A DNA stretch of 64,000 nucleotides from Candidatus Tayloriibacteriota bacterium (lineage in GTDB: Bacteria; Patescibacteriota; Minisyncoccia; Phycocordibacterales; PALSA-1337): contig JACRJP010000004.1 of the NCBI GenBank assembly GCA_016215455.1, forward strand, positions 155,787-219,786, in the 5' to 3' direction. Positions 9,960 through 19,439 of this stretch are shown piece by piece. Positions within the stretch are counted from its first letter, which is position 1, and each line of letters opens with the position of its first letter. A program made the position numbers and the translations under genes. The notes under the pieces are model-generated. The model was given only the letters and a program-made list of their open reading frames with translations, did not search any database and had not been told where the DNA came from.

Positions 9960-10856
9960 TTGTCAAAATGATATTTCCGTGATAAATTCACGGGCAGATT
10001 CGCGCAAAATTCACAACTGAACGGAAGCACGTCACATGGAAACACCTCCCACTCTGGCATCTCTTTTGGGTCCAATCTCCCATGAAATTTCATTTTGTAT
10101 CGTGGGTGGTCCACCAGCAGGTGGTGGATCTCTTCGAGGTGAATTGGTTGCTGGGGCCTGTCGAGACCTTCATGGAAACTTGTTGATCGGTGTCGACTTC
10201 ATCGACATCAGGCCACACATCATCGAACCTCACGTTCGTGATCAAACACCTCTTGGGCTTGAGTTTCTTGCCCACATGGCCAAACAAAAAAACGGGGGTC
10301 TTCAACCGGATACCCCTATCGCCAAAGGGCTCGCAGGCAAAATCATTGAACATCACGAAAAAGGAGTTCGACAGATTGTCTTGCGTGGATACCCACGTAA
10401 CACATTTCAGGCAGGAGAGTTGATCAGCGTTGGTGCGCCAATCAAGACGGTGTTGTTTCAACGAGATCTTGAAGAGTGCAAACGCAACTTCAACAATCCT
10501 TCTCGTCGTGCGGCAAGTCGGGATGATGACGCTGTGGTTCAACAATTGGTCGGGAGATTCGAAAACACATGGCTCAAGGAGACTCTCCCAGCACTAAGGA
10601 AACTGCGCCGGCACGCTCTTAGTCGAGATGGCTCGACTTATCACGAACGGAAAACTCCACCGACGGGACCTGATCTAGCAGCTGACATTCTGTTTCTGCT
10701 CCAACATGGACTGACAATGAGCACCGAAACACTCATTCAAATAATCGCCAATCTGGCGAATAACGAACATCCTGCTGGTCAAAAATTACGACTCTGCACG
10801 GAAGAAGATCGCCGACGGACACTATAACTGCACCCACAAGGTCAGTATTTTTATTT
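9960..10856 (+). other. Orphan transcription unit 3
   Basis: TTGTCA 9960-9965, 17 nt, TAAATT 9983-9988, AGA at 9996, ORF 10036-10827, hairpin, TTTTTATTT 10848-10856. Confidence 0.75.
10036..10827 (+). CDS. Adenylate-kinase-like protein with degenerate catalytic motifs
   Basis: GGPPAGGGS (cf. GPPGxGKGT), GGLQPD (cf. GxLVPD), LRGYPRNTFQA (cf. LDGFPRxxxQA), RDDD. Confidence 0.65.
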   Translation: METPPTLASLLGPISHEISFCIVGGPPAGGGSLRGELVAGACRDLHGNLLIGVDFIDIRPHIIEPHVRDQTPLGLEFLAHMAKQKNGGLQPDTPIAKGLAGKIIEHHEKGVRQIVLRGYPRNTFQAGELISVGAPIKTVLFQRDLEECKRNFNNPSRRAASRDDDAVVQQLVGRFENTWLKETLPALRKLRRHALSRDGSTYHERKTPPTGPDLAADILFLLQHGLTMSTETLIQIIANLANNEHPAGQKLRLCTEEDRRRTL

Positions 10857-10888
10857 CATTTCCTCGAGTAGTACTCATCACCATATCA

Positions 10889-11916
10889 TTGACTATGATA
10901 ATATTTTATGGTAAAAAATATCTAGAAAGCTAAGGTTATGGTTCTCTACCACTAACCTCCTCACATCAACCAACAAAAAGGTTTCAGCCTCTTTTGTATG
11001 CCTAAGAAAAAATCCAACAAAGAAGAGAAACCGAATTCTCTTTTACTCGTCGCACTATTCCTCCTAATTGGAATCGTGCTCATATGTATACCTTTCATTG
11101 GAAATCTTTTGGGACCAACACCTCCCCGCCCACTAACAGCGTCAGAAATTCACGAAAAAGCTCTAGGCTTGGGATTGATCGGTGCTCCCCCGCACATTGA
11201 AGAACGTCACGTCTCCATCAGCAGTCATTCTCACGCATACGGCAGGAATGGAGACATTCCCGTCCATATCGTATCTCGCACCAATTCGACAGAATCATGG
11301 AAATTGGTAGGAACAGGAACCCTCCTCGGTAAATACACAAACCACGTGCTTACTGCCTACCATGTATTCGAGGATCATGCGGGACAATATGGGTATCGAC
11401 ACATCGGTCCCAACGAGTTTACTGGGAATGAGAAAGTCGTTCCCATCATCTCAGTCAAGGACGATGAAGGAAAAGGAAGCGATGTTGTTATTAGTATATC
11501 TGATCCAACTCGTAGTGAATTTCCGGTATTGACTGTGCCCCGCTCAAATAGCATTCCTAATGGATTTGATGCCGATCAGACCTATATGATCGACACGATT
11601 CAACGGGACATATCGTTCTCCACCTACCCTCATCGAAGCATTAGCACGTTCGTAAAGACAAAAATGACTGAGGCGGGTGCAAATTATGTCTTCATTAACT
11701 GGGTAGCAATGCCAGCTGAGAGTGGAACGTCAGCAATACTTGAAGGTGAGGATTCAAACAGTTATGTAGTCATCATTCGAGGGCAAGCCTTGCCTAAAGA
11801 ATTTTACGACAAACTTTCAGAAGAGGTTCAGCAAACCCTGTCATGGACACCAGAAAAGATGTATGCGGTAGGTAACTTCATTCGCATCGATTAAGTGTCC
11901 TCTTGGTTTTTTATTT
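10889..11916 (+). other. Orphan transcription unit 4
   Basis: TTGACT 10889-10894, 17 nt, TAAAAA 10912-10917, AGA at 10924, ORF 10998-11894, TTTTTATTT 11908-11916. Confidence 0.7.
10998..11894 (+). CDS. Membrane-anchored trypsin-like serine protease, divergent
   Basis: N-terminal TM helix; GTGTLL..VLTAYHV (His), SDVVI (Asp), AESGTS (Ser). Confidence 0.6.
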   Translation: MPKKKSNKEEKPNSLLLVALFLLIGIVLICIPFIGNLLGPTPPRPLTASEIHEKALGLGLIGAPPHIEERHVSISSHSHAYGRNGDIPVHIVSRTNSTESWKLVGTGTLLGKYTNHVLTAYHVFEDHAGQYGYRHIGPNEFTGNEKVVPIISVKDDEGKGSDVVISISDPTRSEFPVLTVPRSNSIPNGFDADQTYMIDTIQRDISFSTYPHRSISTFVKTKMTEAGANYVFINWVAMPAESGTSAILEGEDSNSYVVIIRGQALPKEFYDKLSEEVQQTLSWTPEKMYAVGNFIRID

Positions 11917-11955
11917 CACAGTTTCTTAGTTATACGCCGACTATATAAGGATAGT

Positions 11956-11984
11956 TTGACATTGAGGCCAAAATTTGTTTTAAT
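11956..11984 (+). promoter_or_regulatory. Sigma70 promoter of typA
   Basis: TTGACA-17 nt-TTTAAT, about 50 nt upstream of the ATG. Confidence 0.6.
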
Positions 11985-12033
11985 TGAACAACAAATTTTA
12001 TGGGCTACGGCCCGCTTTTAATTAGGTTTATTT

Positions 12034-13839
12034 ATGGAAATACGCAATATCGCAATCATCGCTCACGTGGACCACGGTAAGACAACTCTTACCGATGCTA
12101 TCATGACACAGTGTGGCCACGGAGATGACGGAACTATGGACTCAAACGCTCTTGAACAAGAGCGTGGTATTACCATTTATGCTAAAAACACTTCAGTTGA
12201 GTACAAAGGAACGAAAATCAACATTGTCGATACACCAGGTCACGCCGACTTCGGTTCTGAAGTAGAACGAGTTCTCCGATCAATCGACACAGTTCTTCTT
12301 GTTGTTGACGCTCAGGAAGGCCCTATGCCCCAAACTCGTTTCGTTCTCAAAAAATCTCTTGAACTTGGACTCAAACCAATTGTTATCATTAACAAGATCG
12401 ACAAACCAGCTGCTCGTCCAGATGCAGTACACGAAATGGTACTTGAGCTCTTCCTTGAACTCGGTGCAAATGAAACTCAAATCGACTTCCCTACTGTCTA
12501 TGCTATCGGCCGACAAGGTATTGCTAAAAACAAACTTACCGATGAATCAAAGGATCTTACTCCTCTTCTCGATGTGATCCTTGCTCACGTTCCAGCGGCA
12601 AACACACCAGAACAAGCCAATCTTCCTCTCAAAGCTCAGGTATTTAACCTTGGTTACGATAATTTCCTTGGTCGTCTTGCAGCATGCCGTGTCTACGATG
12701 GTGTTATTAGAGATGGAGGTGCCGTATTCGTAAAGAAAATTAACGGAACTACAGCAGCAGGAAAAATCACTAAACTCTTCACCTACGAAGGAAAGAAGCG
12801 TGTTGAAGTAAAAGAAGCTTTTGCTGGAGACATTGTCATGGTTGCCGGTCTTCCAGAAATCTTCATCGGAGAAACAATCACTGATAAAACTGAGACTGTA
12901 CCACTTCCTGCTATCAAAATCGATGAACCAACTATTTCCCTCAACTTTCTTGTTAACAACTCTCCTTTTGCAGGACGTGAAGGTAAATTCGTTACTGGAC
13001 GACAAATCCGTGAACGACTTGATAAAGAACTCGAAATCAACGTTGGTCTTAAAGTAGACTATAGTTCAGCAGAATATTTCAAAGTATTTGGACGAGGTGA
13101 ACTCCACATTGCTGTTCTTCTTGAAAATATGCGACGTGAAGGATACGAACTTCAGGTGTCACAACCACAAGCGATTGTAAAAGATATCGATGGAGTAAAA
13201 TCAGAACCATTCGAAGAAGTAACTATCGACATTCCTGAGGAATACTCTGGTGTGATTATCGAAAAGATTAGTAAGCGAAAAGGACAGATGCTCGATATGC
13301 GAACAAAAGATGGACAAGTTCGTATGATTTTCGAAGTACCAACACGAGGTCTTCTTGGATATCGTGGTGCTTTCGTTATCGATACTAAGGGTGTTGGAAT
13401 TCTTGCTGCACGATTTACTGATTTTAAACCATACGCTGGAGAAATTGAAAAACACGAGACAGGTTCAATGGCATCAATGGTTGCAGGAAAAACTCTTGCG
13501 TTCGCCCTCTGGAATCTCCAAGATCGAGGACGACTATATGTTGATCCAGGTGTTGATGTATATGAAGGTATGATTGTTGGTGACGTATCAAAGGGTGAAG
13601 ATATGGATGTAAACCCATGTAAGGGTAAGCAGCTTACCAACATGCGAGCATCTGGTTCTGATGAACACATTATGCTTACTCCAGCATACAAACTCGACAT
13701 TGAGAAAGCTCTCGAGCTTATGCGAGAAGATGAATACCTCGAAATTACTCCTATTTCAGTACGTTTGCGAAAGAAATTCCTCACTGCTACAGATCGTGCA
13801 AAGGCGGGACGAAAAGACGGTGGAAAGCAGTTTGCATAA
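12034..13839 (+). CDS. typA: Translational GTPase TypA/BipA
   Basis: RNIAIIAHVDHGKTTL, DTPGHADF, GRGELH and LTNMRASGSD motifs. Confidence 0.98.
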   Translation: MEIRNIAIIAHVDHGKTTLTDAIMTQCGHGDDGTMDSNALEQERGITIYAKNTSVEYKGTKINIVDTPGHADFGSEVERVLRSIDTVLLVVDAQEGPMPQTRFVLKKSLELGLKPIVIINKIDKPAARPDAVHEMVLELFLELGANETQIDFPTVYAIGRQGIAKNKLTDESKDLTPLLDVILAHVPAANTPEQANLPLKAQVFNLGYDNFLGRLAACRVYDGVIRDGGAVFVKKINGTTAAGKITKLFTYEGKKRVEVKEAFAGDIVMVAGLPEIFIGETITDKTETVPLPAIKIDEPTISLNFLVNNSPFAGREGKFVTGRQIRERLDKELEINVGLKVDYSSAEYFKVFGRGELHIAVLLENMRREGYELQVSQPQAIVKDIDGVKSEPFEEVTIDIPEEYSGVIIEKISKRKGQMLDMRTKDGQVRMIFEVPTRGLLGYRGAFVIDTKGVGILAARFTDFKPYAGEIEKHETGSMASMVAGKTLAFALWNLQDRGRLYVDPGVDVYEGMIVGDVSKGEDMDVNPCKGKQLTNMRASGSDEHIMLTPAYKLDIEKALELMREDEYLEITPISVRLRKKFLTATDRAKAGRKDGGKQFA

Positions 13840-13863
13840 AACTCATTCTCTCTTATCACTCCT

Positions 13864-13893
13864 ATATACTATATATTGACATATATAGTATAT
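13864..13893. repeat. 13-bp perfect inverted repeat centred on the unit-5 -35 box
   Basis: ATATACTATATAT-TGAC-ATATATAGTATAT. Confidence 0.85.
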
Positions 13894-14862
13894 CAATGTA
13901 GAATATTTTTAGGTTCATCAGCTCCGATTCAAATCAACCCCCTCGTTTCTTGATGAAATTTGTTCTGCCACTCATTTCTCTGGCTCCACTTCCCTTATTT
14001 GACCTCGATGGCGTGCTCAGAAAAATCCATGAGGCACACTTCACTGGAATCGAAGTTTTGCTTGGCCCAAAAGTGGACCATGCCAAAATCCGCACTCTGG
14101 CACAAACTCACGGTCTCAGTATCAATTGGCACGAAATCTGGTCTCTCACGGACAATCCGACTCACCACGTCAACTATCTCTTGGCGGCTTTAGGAAGAAT
14201 CCCTTGGAAGACCCATCCCCTCAACAGTCAACTTCCCCTAGCGCTCAGCGAGCCTGTTGTCTGTTATGGACATCGTATAGAAGAAGTTCTAGGATACCGC
14301 GACACTAAGCTCCTGTGGCTCCAAACTTGCAAGGTTATGAGCCGGCACTTGCCCTACAAGGAGTTTGTAAAACTTGTCCAAAGATATCGTCTCCCAATCG
14401 TCTTCGATACCCAACATGTCCTTGAATGGATGTGCGACGCCAATGGAGTTACAGAACTCGGTCGACTTCATTCCTCTGAAGAACTCCAACGTCTCCTTCT
14501 TAAAGCATGGGATGACCTCAGTCCCTACACAGAAGAAATCCATGTGGTTAACTTCAAACCACAAGATGGCCACACTAGGGGACGCAACATTTTCTTAAAC
14601 GAAGGAGGTGTCCTCAAGCTCAGAGAATTCGGTCGTGTGGTCAAAAAGAGTGACTGGAACGGTACAATAACCCCTGAGATCGCTCCTGCACACTTCTCCA
14701 CCTTAAGGATTCCTGGTGTTCCCATCAATCTACTGTGGGAGTCGGAACATCTCGGACATCGACTTCTTGAGTTGCGAGAAATCGTAGGGGGTATATTTTC
14801 CTAACAACAAGCAACTGGTAGTATTCAATGCTTAAGCAACGAGTTCTACCGGCTTTTTATTT
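13876..14862 (+). other. Orphan transcription unit 5
   Basis: TTGACA 13876-13881, 17 nt, TAGAAT 13899-13904, AGG at 13911, ORF, long imperfect hairpin CTGGTAG...CTACCGG, TTTTTATTT 14854-14862. Confidence 0.75.
13953..14804 (+). CDS. Xylose-isomerase/AP-endonuclease-2-like TIM barrel protein, divergent
   Basis: FTGIEV, IVFDTQH, EEIHV and GTITPE metal-site pattern; ATG at 13953 (TTG at 13950 is an alternative). Confidence 0.65.
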   Translation: MKFVLPLISLAPLPLFDLDGVLRKIHEAHFTGIEVLLGPKVDHAKIRTLAQTHGLSINWHEIWSLTDNPTHHVNYLLAALGRIPWKTHPLNSQLPLALSEPVVCYGHRIEEVLGYRDTKLLWLQTCKVMSRHLPYKEFVKLVQRYRLPIVFDTQHVLEWMCDANGVTELGRLHSSEELQRLLLKAWDDLSPYTEEIHVVNFKPQDGHTRGRNIFLNEGGVLKLREFGRVVKKSDWNGTITPEIAPAHFSTLRIPGVPINLLWESEHLGHRLLELREIVGGIFS

Positions 14863-14866
14863 ATAA

Positions 14867-15853
14867 CTACTCTCTCCCTTTCCAACGCATTGCAATATAT
14901 TCCTCGGCTTCACTCATACGAAATGGATTAGTTGCGTTACCTGTACGAACAAAAAATTCTTCTTTACCATCAGTACCAATGAGATATGCAGGTTTTGAAC
15001 TTGGTTCAACATCAATGATACACACCTCTTCTTCTCCTATTTTTTCAAAACGAGTATGTATCAAAGAACGGAATTTGATACCAATCATTGCCTTCACTAA
15101 AGCAGTAAAATGATTTTCGAAACTATCACGGTTTTTCTTTGGTAGTGATTCAAAATCTTCTTGAAGTCCTACGACATTACCATCATCATCAACTCCAATA
15201 ACCAATGTTCCACCATCAGCATTAAGAAAACCAATAATTGTTTTCATGATGGCACGTTCTACTTCTTTACTTACCGCTTTCTTACGAATATCCCAACGAA
15301 GAGTTTGTTTAAATTCGATACGTCCTCCTTCTCCTTGGGCAAGAAGGTCTGCAAGGGGTCGAACACGCTGCGCTGGAGTATTTCGAGTATCCACCATATG
15401 TTTGATCTGACTAACGTATTCACCAAACAATTCGACATTACGAATACGGATCTCCATATCAAAAGCGCATTCGATAATGATAGTTCCATGTCGCATTAAT
15501 CTTTCAATCAAGCTTTGTGAAATACCTACCGTCAATATCTGAGTTGCAAGTACTGATTTCTGATGACGGAGAATGAGCCCAGTCTTCCGAACAATCTCAC
15601 GTTCACGAAGTTCATAGTGTGAAAAATACCAACGAAAGAATATCGTGAGAATCAAACCAATCTGAAGTATCGAGAATATAAGGACAAGAAATATATCATA
15701 TCGAGCGAGATTTACTGGTACATACGTACGGAAAATAGCTTCATAGTTTTCAAAGTATGAAGCTATAAACAAAAAAATACTAACAAGGAGTTCAGCACCA
15801 ATAAGATTACGAACAAGGACAAGCGGCCCTTCTTTGATGATCACCCTTTTCAT
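14867..15853 (-). CDS. 2-TM + bacterial PH domain + AlbA_2 (Schlafen-like) fusion protein
   Basis: TMs, then RKTGLI..QSLIERLMRHGTIII (bPH_2), then GEGGRIEFK, GFLNADGGTLVIGVDDDG and FFVRTG (AlbA_2). Confidence 0.85.
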   Translation of the reverse strand: MKRVIIKEGPLVLVRNLIGAELLVSIFLFIASYFENYEAIFRTYVPVNLARYDIFLVLIFSILQIGLILTIFFRWYFSHYELREREIVRKTGLILRHQKSVLATQILTVGISQSLIERLMRHGTIIIECAFDMEIRIRNVELFGEYVSQIKHMVDTRNTPAQRVRPLADLLAQGEGGRIEFKQTLRWDIRKKAVSKEVERAIMKTIIGFLNADGGTLVIGVDDDGNVVGLQEDFESLPKKNRDSFENHFTALVKAMIGIKFRSLIHTRFEKIGEEEVCIIDVEPSSKPAYLIGTDGKEEFFVRTGNATNPFRMSEAEEYIAMRWKGRE

Positions 15854-15880
15854 AGATACAGCTATAGTAGCATATCCGGG

Positions 15881-16666
15881 TTAGGATTTAAAAGTTATAC
15901 AAGAATCAAGGGTATAGGTACCGACCCTTGTCCGTCGAATACTATATGCAAGAGTTGGTGCCCCCACCCATTTCCCTATTTCTCCTATAAGAGCCCGCAC
16001 ATATGTCCCGCTTTGGCAGGTTATTCGAAATTTCCCAATCTGAAATACCCTATCTACCCCCAACACCCGAGTCCACTGTGTTACTATCTCTTTCTGTCGA
16101 AAATCTCCTTGTACCAAAGAAATGTACTGCGTAATACGCTGTAATAGCTGTGTCGAGGTAACTTCAGAGCTTCCCAAAAATTCTGCTGAACCAACTTCCA
16201 TCTCTCGTGACGGAATATCAATCTCACCAAGTCTATCTTCACGAGCCCACATGAAAAGTGGCTTTCCTGAAACCGGCTGAGATGAATATGCTGGATACTC
16301 AAGAAGATGTTTTCCTACTAAACGTTCGGCGCAGTGTTGATATGACCCCACTGAAATCACTTCATCATATACCCCTGTCTCTTGTGCTAGACCAAGAACA
16401 TCTCCAGTGTCAGTTGCAACTCCGAACAACACTTCAAATTCATACTCCTTATCGAGGGCTGTGTAACGATCTTTTGCCTTACATTCATCTCCTATAAGAA
16501 GCACTAAGACACCTGACGCAAGAGGATCAAGTCTCCCTGCATATGTCATTGGTACCGTTGCAGCAATACGATACTCTCGACGAACCCTCTCAAGAGCTTC
16601 AAGTGGAGTCTCACCCACCTTCTTGTCCATAACAATAACCGATGGGTATGTTTGTTCAGCATTCAT
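15881..16666 (-). CDS. truB: tRNA pseudouridine(55) synthase TruB-like
   Basis: DKKVGETP, YAGRLDPLASGVL, YPAYSS and SGTYVR motifs. Confidence 0.9.
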   Translation of the reverse strand: MNAEQTYPSVIVMDKKVGETPLEALERVRREYRIAATVPMTYAGRLDPLASGVLVLLIGDECKAKDRYTALDKEYEFEVLFGVATDTGDVLGLAQETGVYDEVISVGSYQHCAERLVGKHLLEYPAYSSQPVSGKPLFMWAREDRLGEIDIPSREMEVGSAEFLGSSEVTSTQLLQRITQYISLVQGDFRQKEIVTQWTRVLGVDRVFQIGKFRITCQSGTYVRALIGEIGKWVGAPTLAYSIRRTRVGTYTLDSCITFKS

Positions 16667-16721
16667 ATTCTCATCATATATGTTTCTTTTATCTTTCGCT
16701 ATATTCTGTTAGAATGACCCC

Positions 16722-18035
16722 ATGAATTCAGACGAGTCAAAACCGATCAAAAAACTATCAACCGACAGTTATAAAGGTGTCCGTGACTTCTATCCAGAAG
16801 ACATGGCCGTACAAAACCACATCTTTGGTATTTGGAAAAATACAGTCGAGAAATATGGTTACCAAGAATATAATGCTTCGGTTCTCGAACCAGCAGATCT
16901 CTATCGGGCAAAATCAGGTGAAGAAATAGTTAATGAACAAACATACACCTTTACCGACCGTGGTGATCGTGAAGTAACACTTCGTCCTGAAATGACTCCG
17001 ACTGTAGCTCGTATGGTAGCAGCACAACGCCGAGAACGACCCTTTCCTCTCCGTTGGTATTCTATACCTAACCTTTTCCGCTATGAACAACCTCAGCGAG
17101 GACGTCTTCGTGAACACTGGCAGCTCAATGTTGATATTTTTGGTGTAACAAGTATCCAAGCAGAAGTTGAATGTATTCAAGTTGCTTATGATATTACTCG
17201 TCAATTTGGTCTCAAAGATACTGACTTTGAAGTCCGTCTTAATAATCGTAAAGTGATGAATTACGTCACTCGTGACGTATTCAAGTTGAATGATGAACAA
17301 GCTCACAAGATATCAAAACTCATTGATCGAAAAAACAAAGTTGAAGCAAAGGTTTTTGCTGACGTTGCACAAGAAATTCTTGGTGATGTAGCCGACAAAT
17401 TCCTCACACTTCTTAATTCTCAGAATTTTGAAGAATTCACTTCTCACCTTCCTCAAACTAAAGAAGAACATGAGGGACTTCGTGAAATCCGTGAAGTTAT
17501 AGCCGCTCTTGAAAAACTTGGTATTACTAATGTACGTTTTGATCAAACCCTCATGCGTGGTTTTGATTACTATACCGGCATTGTCTTTGAGATTTTCGAT
17601 AAGAATCCTACAAATCGTCGTGCGGTACTCGGAGGTGGTCGCTATGATGATCTTCTATCTCTTTTTGGAGGCGACAAAGTACCAGCAGTTGGCTTTGGAT
17701 ATGGCGACGTTGTAGCACGTGATCTTCTTGAAACATACACCTCTCTACCAAAGGACATTCGAGCAGCTGATCTCTATCTCTGTGTCATGAATGCATCACA
17801 CTTTGACTATGCACAGGATCTTGCACAAAAACTCCGCACAAAAAATATTAAAGTATCTGTTGACTATTCTGGTAGAAAAGTTGGAGATCAAATTAAAACA
17901 GCCGACCGACTCAAGATTCCATATATTATCTGCATCGGTGATCAAGAAGTTGCATCAGGAGAATTTAAAATAAAAAACCTTGTAACTGGAGAAGAAAAAT
18001 TATCAACTGAAGATACCCTAACAACTCTCAACTAG
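16722..18035 (+). CDS. hisS: Histidine--tRNA ligase
   Basis: KGVRDFYP, LRPEMTP, FRYEQPQRGRLRE, RGFDYYTG and GGGRYD motifs. Confidence 0.97.
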   Translation: MNSDESKPIKKLSTDSYKGVRDFYPEDMAVQNHIFGIWKNTVEKYGYQEYNASVLEPADLYRAKSGEEIVNEQTYTFTDRGDREVTLRPEMTPTVARMVAAQRRERPFPLRWYSIPNLFRYEQPQRGRLREHWQLNVDIFGVTSIQAEVECIQVAYDITRQFGLKDTDFEVRLNNRKVMNYVTRDVFKLNDEQAHKISKLIDRKNKVEAKVFADVAQEILGDVADKFLTLLNSQNFEEFTSHLPQTKEEHEGLREIREVIAALEKLGITNVRFDQTLMRGFDYYTGIVFEIFDKNPTNRRAVLGGGRYDDLLSLFGGDKVPAVGFGYGDVVARDLLETYTSLPKDIRAADLYLCVMNASHFDYAQDLAQKLRTKNIKVSVDYSGRKVGDQIKTADRLKIPYIICIGDQEVASGEFKIKNLVTGEEKLSTEDTLTTLN

Positions 18036-18039
18036 CAGT

Positions 18040-18621
18040 ATGTCTCTCAGAAAAATCATCTTTGACATCGAAACCCGAAATACATTTCAGGAAGCTGGAT
18101 CAAGTGACCCTAAAGATCTTGATATATCAGTCGTATGTGCCTACGACTCTGGTACTGATACCTATACTAGTTACCTTGTAGAAACCCTTAAAGATTTCTG
18201 GCCACTTATCGAACAGGCAGATATGCTTGTAACATTTAACGGCAACCATTTTGATATTCCCCTTCTTAATAAATATTATTCCGGAGACCTTTCAAAGATA
18301 AAAAGTCTTGATCTTCTCGCTGAGGTGCGAGCTTCTCTCGGTCGTCGTATTAAGCTCGATAGTATTGCAGAAGCGACACTTGGACTTAATAAGATAGCTC
18401 ACGGTCTTGAAGCGATTGCATGGTGGAAAGCTGGTGAAATCGATAAAATCATCAAATACTGTATGGAAGACGTACGTATTACAAAAGAAATATACGAATA
18501 CGCACTTAAGAATAAGCACCTCAAATATCCTGATGGAAGTACCATTAAAGATATCAAACTCGATACACGAAATTGGGAAACAAAGGAAGAGACAACAATG
18601 AACTTTACGTTACCGTTCTAA
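18040..18621 (+). CDS. RNase_H_2/YprB-like DEDD exonuclease domain protein
   Basis: FDIET, TFNGNHFDIP, KLDSIA and YCMEDV motifs. Confidence 0.85.
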   Translation: MSLRKIIFDIETRNTFQEAGSSDPKDLDISVVCAYDSGTDTYTSYLVETLKDFWPLIEQADMLVTFNGNHFDIPLLNKYYSGDLSKIKSLDLLAEVRASLGRRIKLDSIAEATLGLNKIAHGLEAIAWWKAGEIDKIIKYCMEDVRITKEIYEYALKNKHLKYPDGSTIKDIKLDTRNWETKEETTMNFTLPF

Positions 18622-18625
18622 TATC

Positions 18626-19435
18626 TCAAGCAAAGAATACAAGTAGTAGCACCGCAACAACGAGTCGGTACCAGATAAAAGGATAGAGAGAGTGGTGTCT
18701 CAGATATTTTATAAGAAAGTGAATTGCACCAAGACCAACCACAAACGCCACAATCGAACCGATCATAATATCGACTCCACCTGCCCCAACAAACCCACCA
18801 TCTTGAGCAACATCAATTATTTTCTTAAGACCTGATCCTAAGATAATAGGAAATGCTAATAAAAAACTAAAACGTGTAGCTGCTTCACGACCTAAACCAT
18901 AGATCAATCCTCCTGATATTGTTGCCCCCGAACGAGATACACCAGGTAACAGTGCAAGAGCCTGGAAACATCCAATGATCCATCCTTTCTTAAGGGTTAA
19001 CGACTGAACTTCACTATATCGACGAGCAAACCATTCAGCAAACGCCATGAGGATACTACCTAGAATGAGAGTACCGGCAACAAATACAACTGACCGGAAT
19101 TTAGTCTCCATAGCGTTTTCAAGAAGAAGACCTAAGATCACTGCAGGAATTGTTCCGAAAATAATTGCATATAACAGCACCTTATCTTCTCGTATCACTT
19201 CCCTACATGTAACTATTTTACAGAAAGTTACCACTAGTCTCCAAAGATCTTTAGAAAAATATACTCCAACAGCAAGAATAGTAGCGAACTGCACAATAGC
19301 ATCAAAAGCGAGACTGCCCGCAAGACTATCACCGAGTACTTGGTGAGCAATAATCAAATGTCCTGACGACGATACAGGAATAAATTCAGTAAGTCCTTGA
19401 ACAATTCCGAGAATACTACTGTCAAATATATTCAT
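18626..19435 (-). CDS. uppP: Undecaprenyl-diphosphate phosphatase
   Basis: GLTEFIPVSSSGH and PGVSRSGAT motifs; start moved to MNIFD. Confidence 0.95.
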   Translation of the reverse strand: MNIFDSSILGIVQGLTEFIPVSSSGHLIIAHQVLGDSLAGSLAFDAIVQFATILAVGVYFSKDLWRLVVTFCKIVTCREVIREDKVLLYAIIFGTIPAVILGLLLENAMETKFRSVVFVAGTLILGSILMAFAEWFARRYSEVQSLTLKKGWIIGCFQALALLPGVSRSGATISGGLIYGLGREAATRFSFLLAFPIILGSGLKKIIDVAQDGGFVGAGGVDIMIGSIVAFVVGLGAIHFLIKYLRHHSLYPFIWYRLVVAVLLLVFFA

Positions 19436-19439
19436 AGTT

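Noticed and set aside
13152-13859. 235-aa antisense ORF over typA, and similar shadow ORFs over rpoB, rpoC, dnaG, smc and dnaE
   Set aside because: Antisense or alternate-frame shadows of highly conserved genes, with no motifs or expression signals
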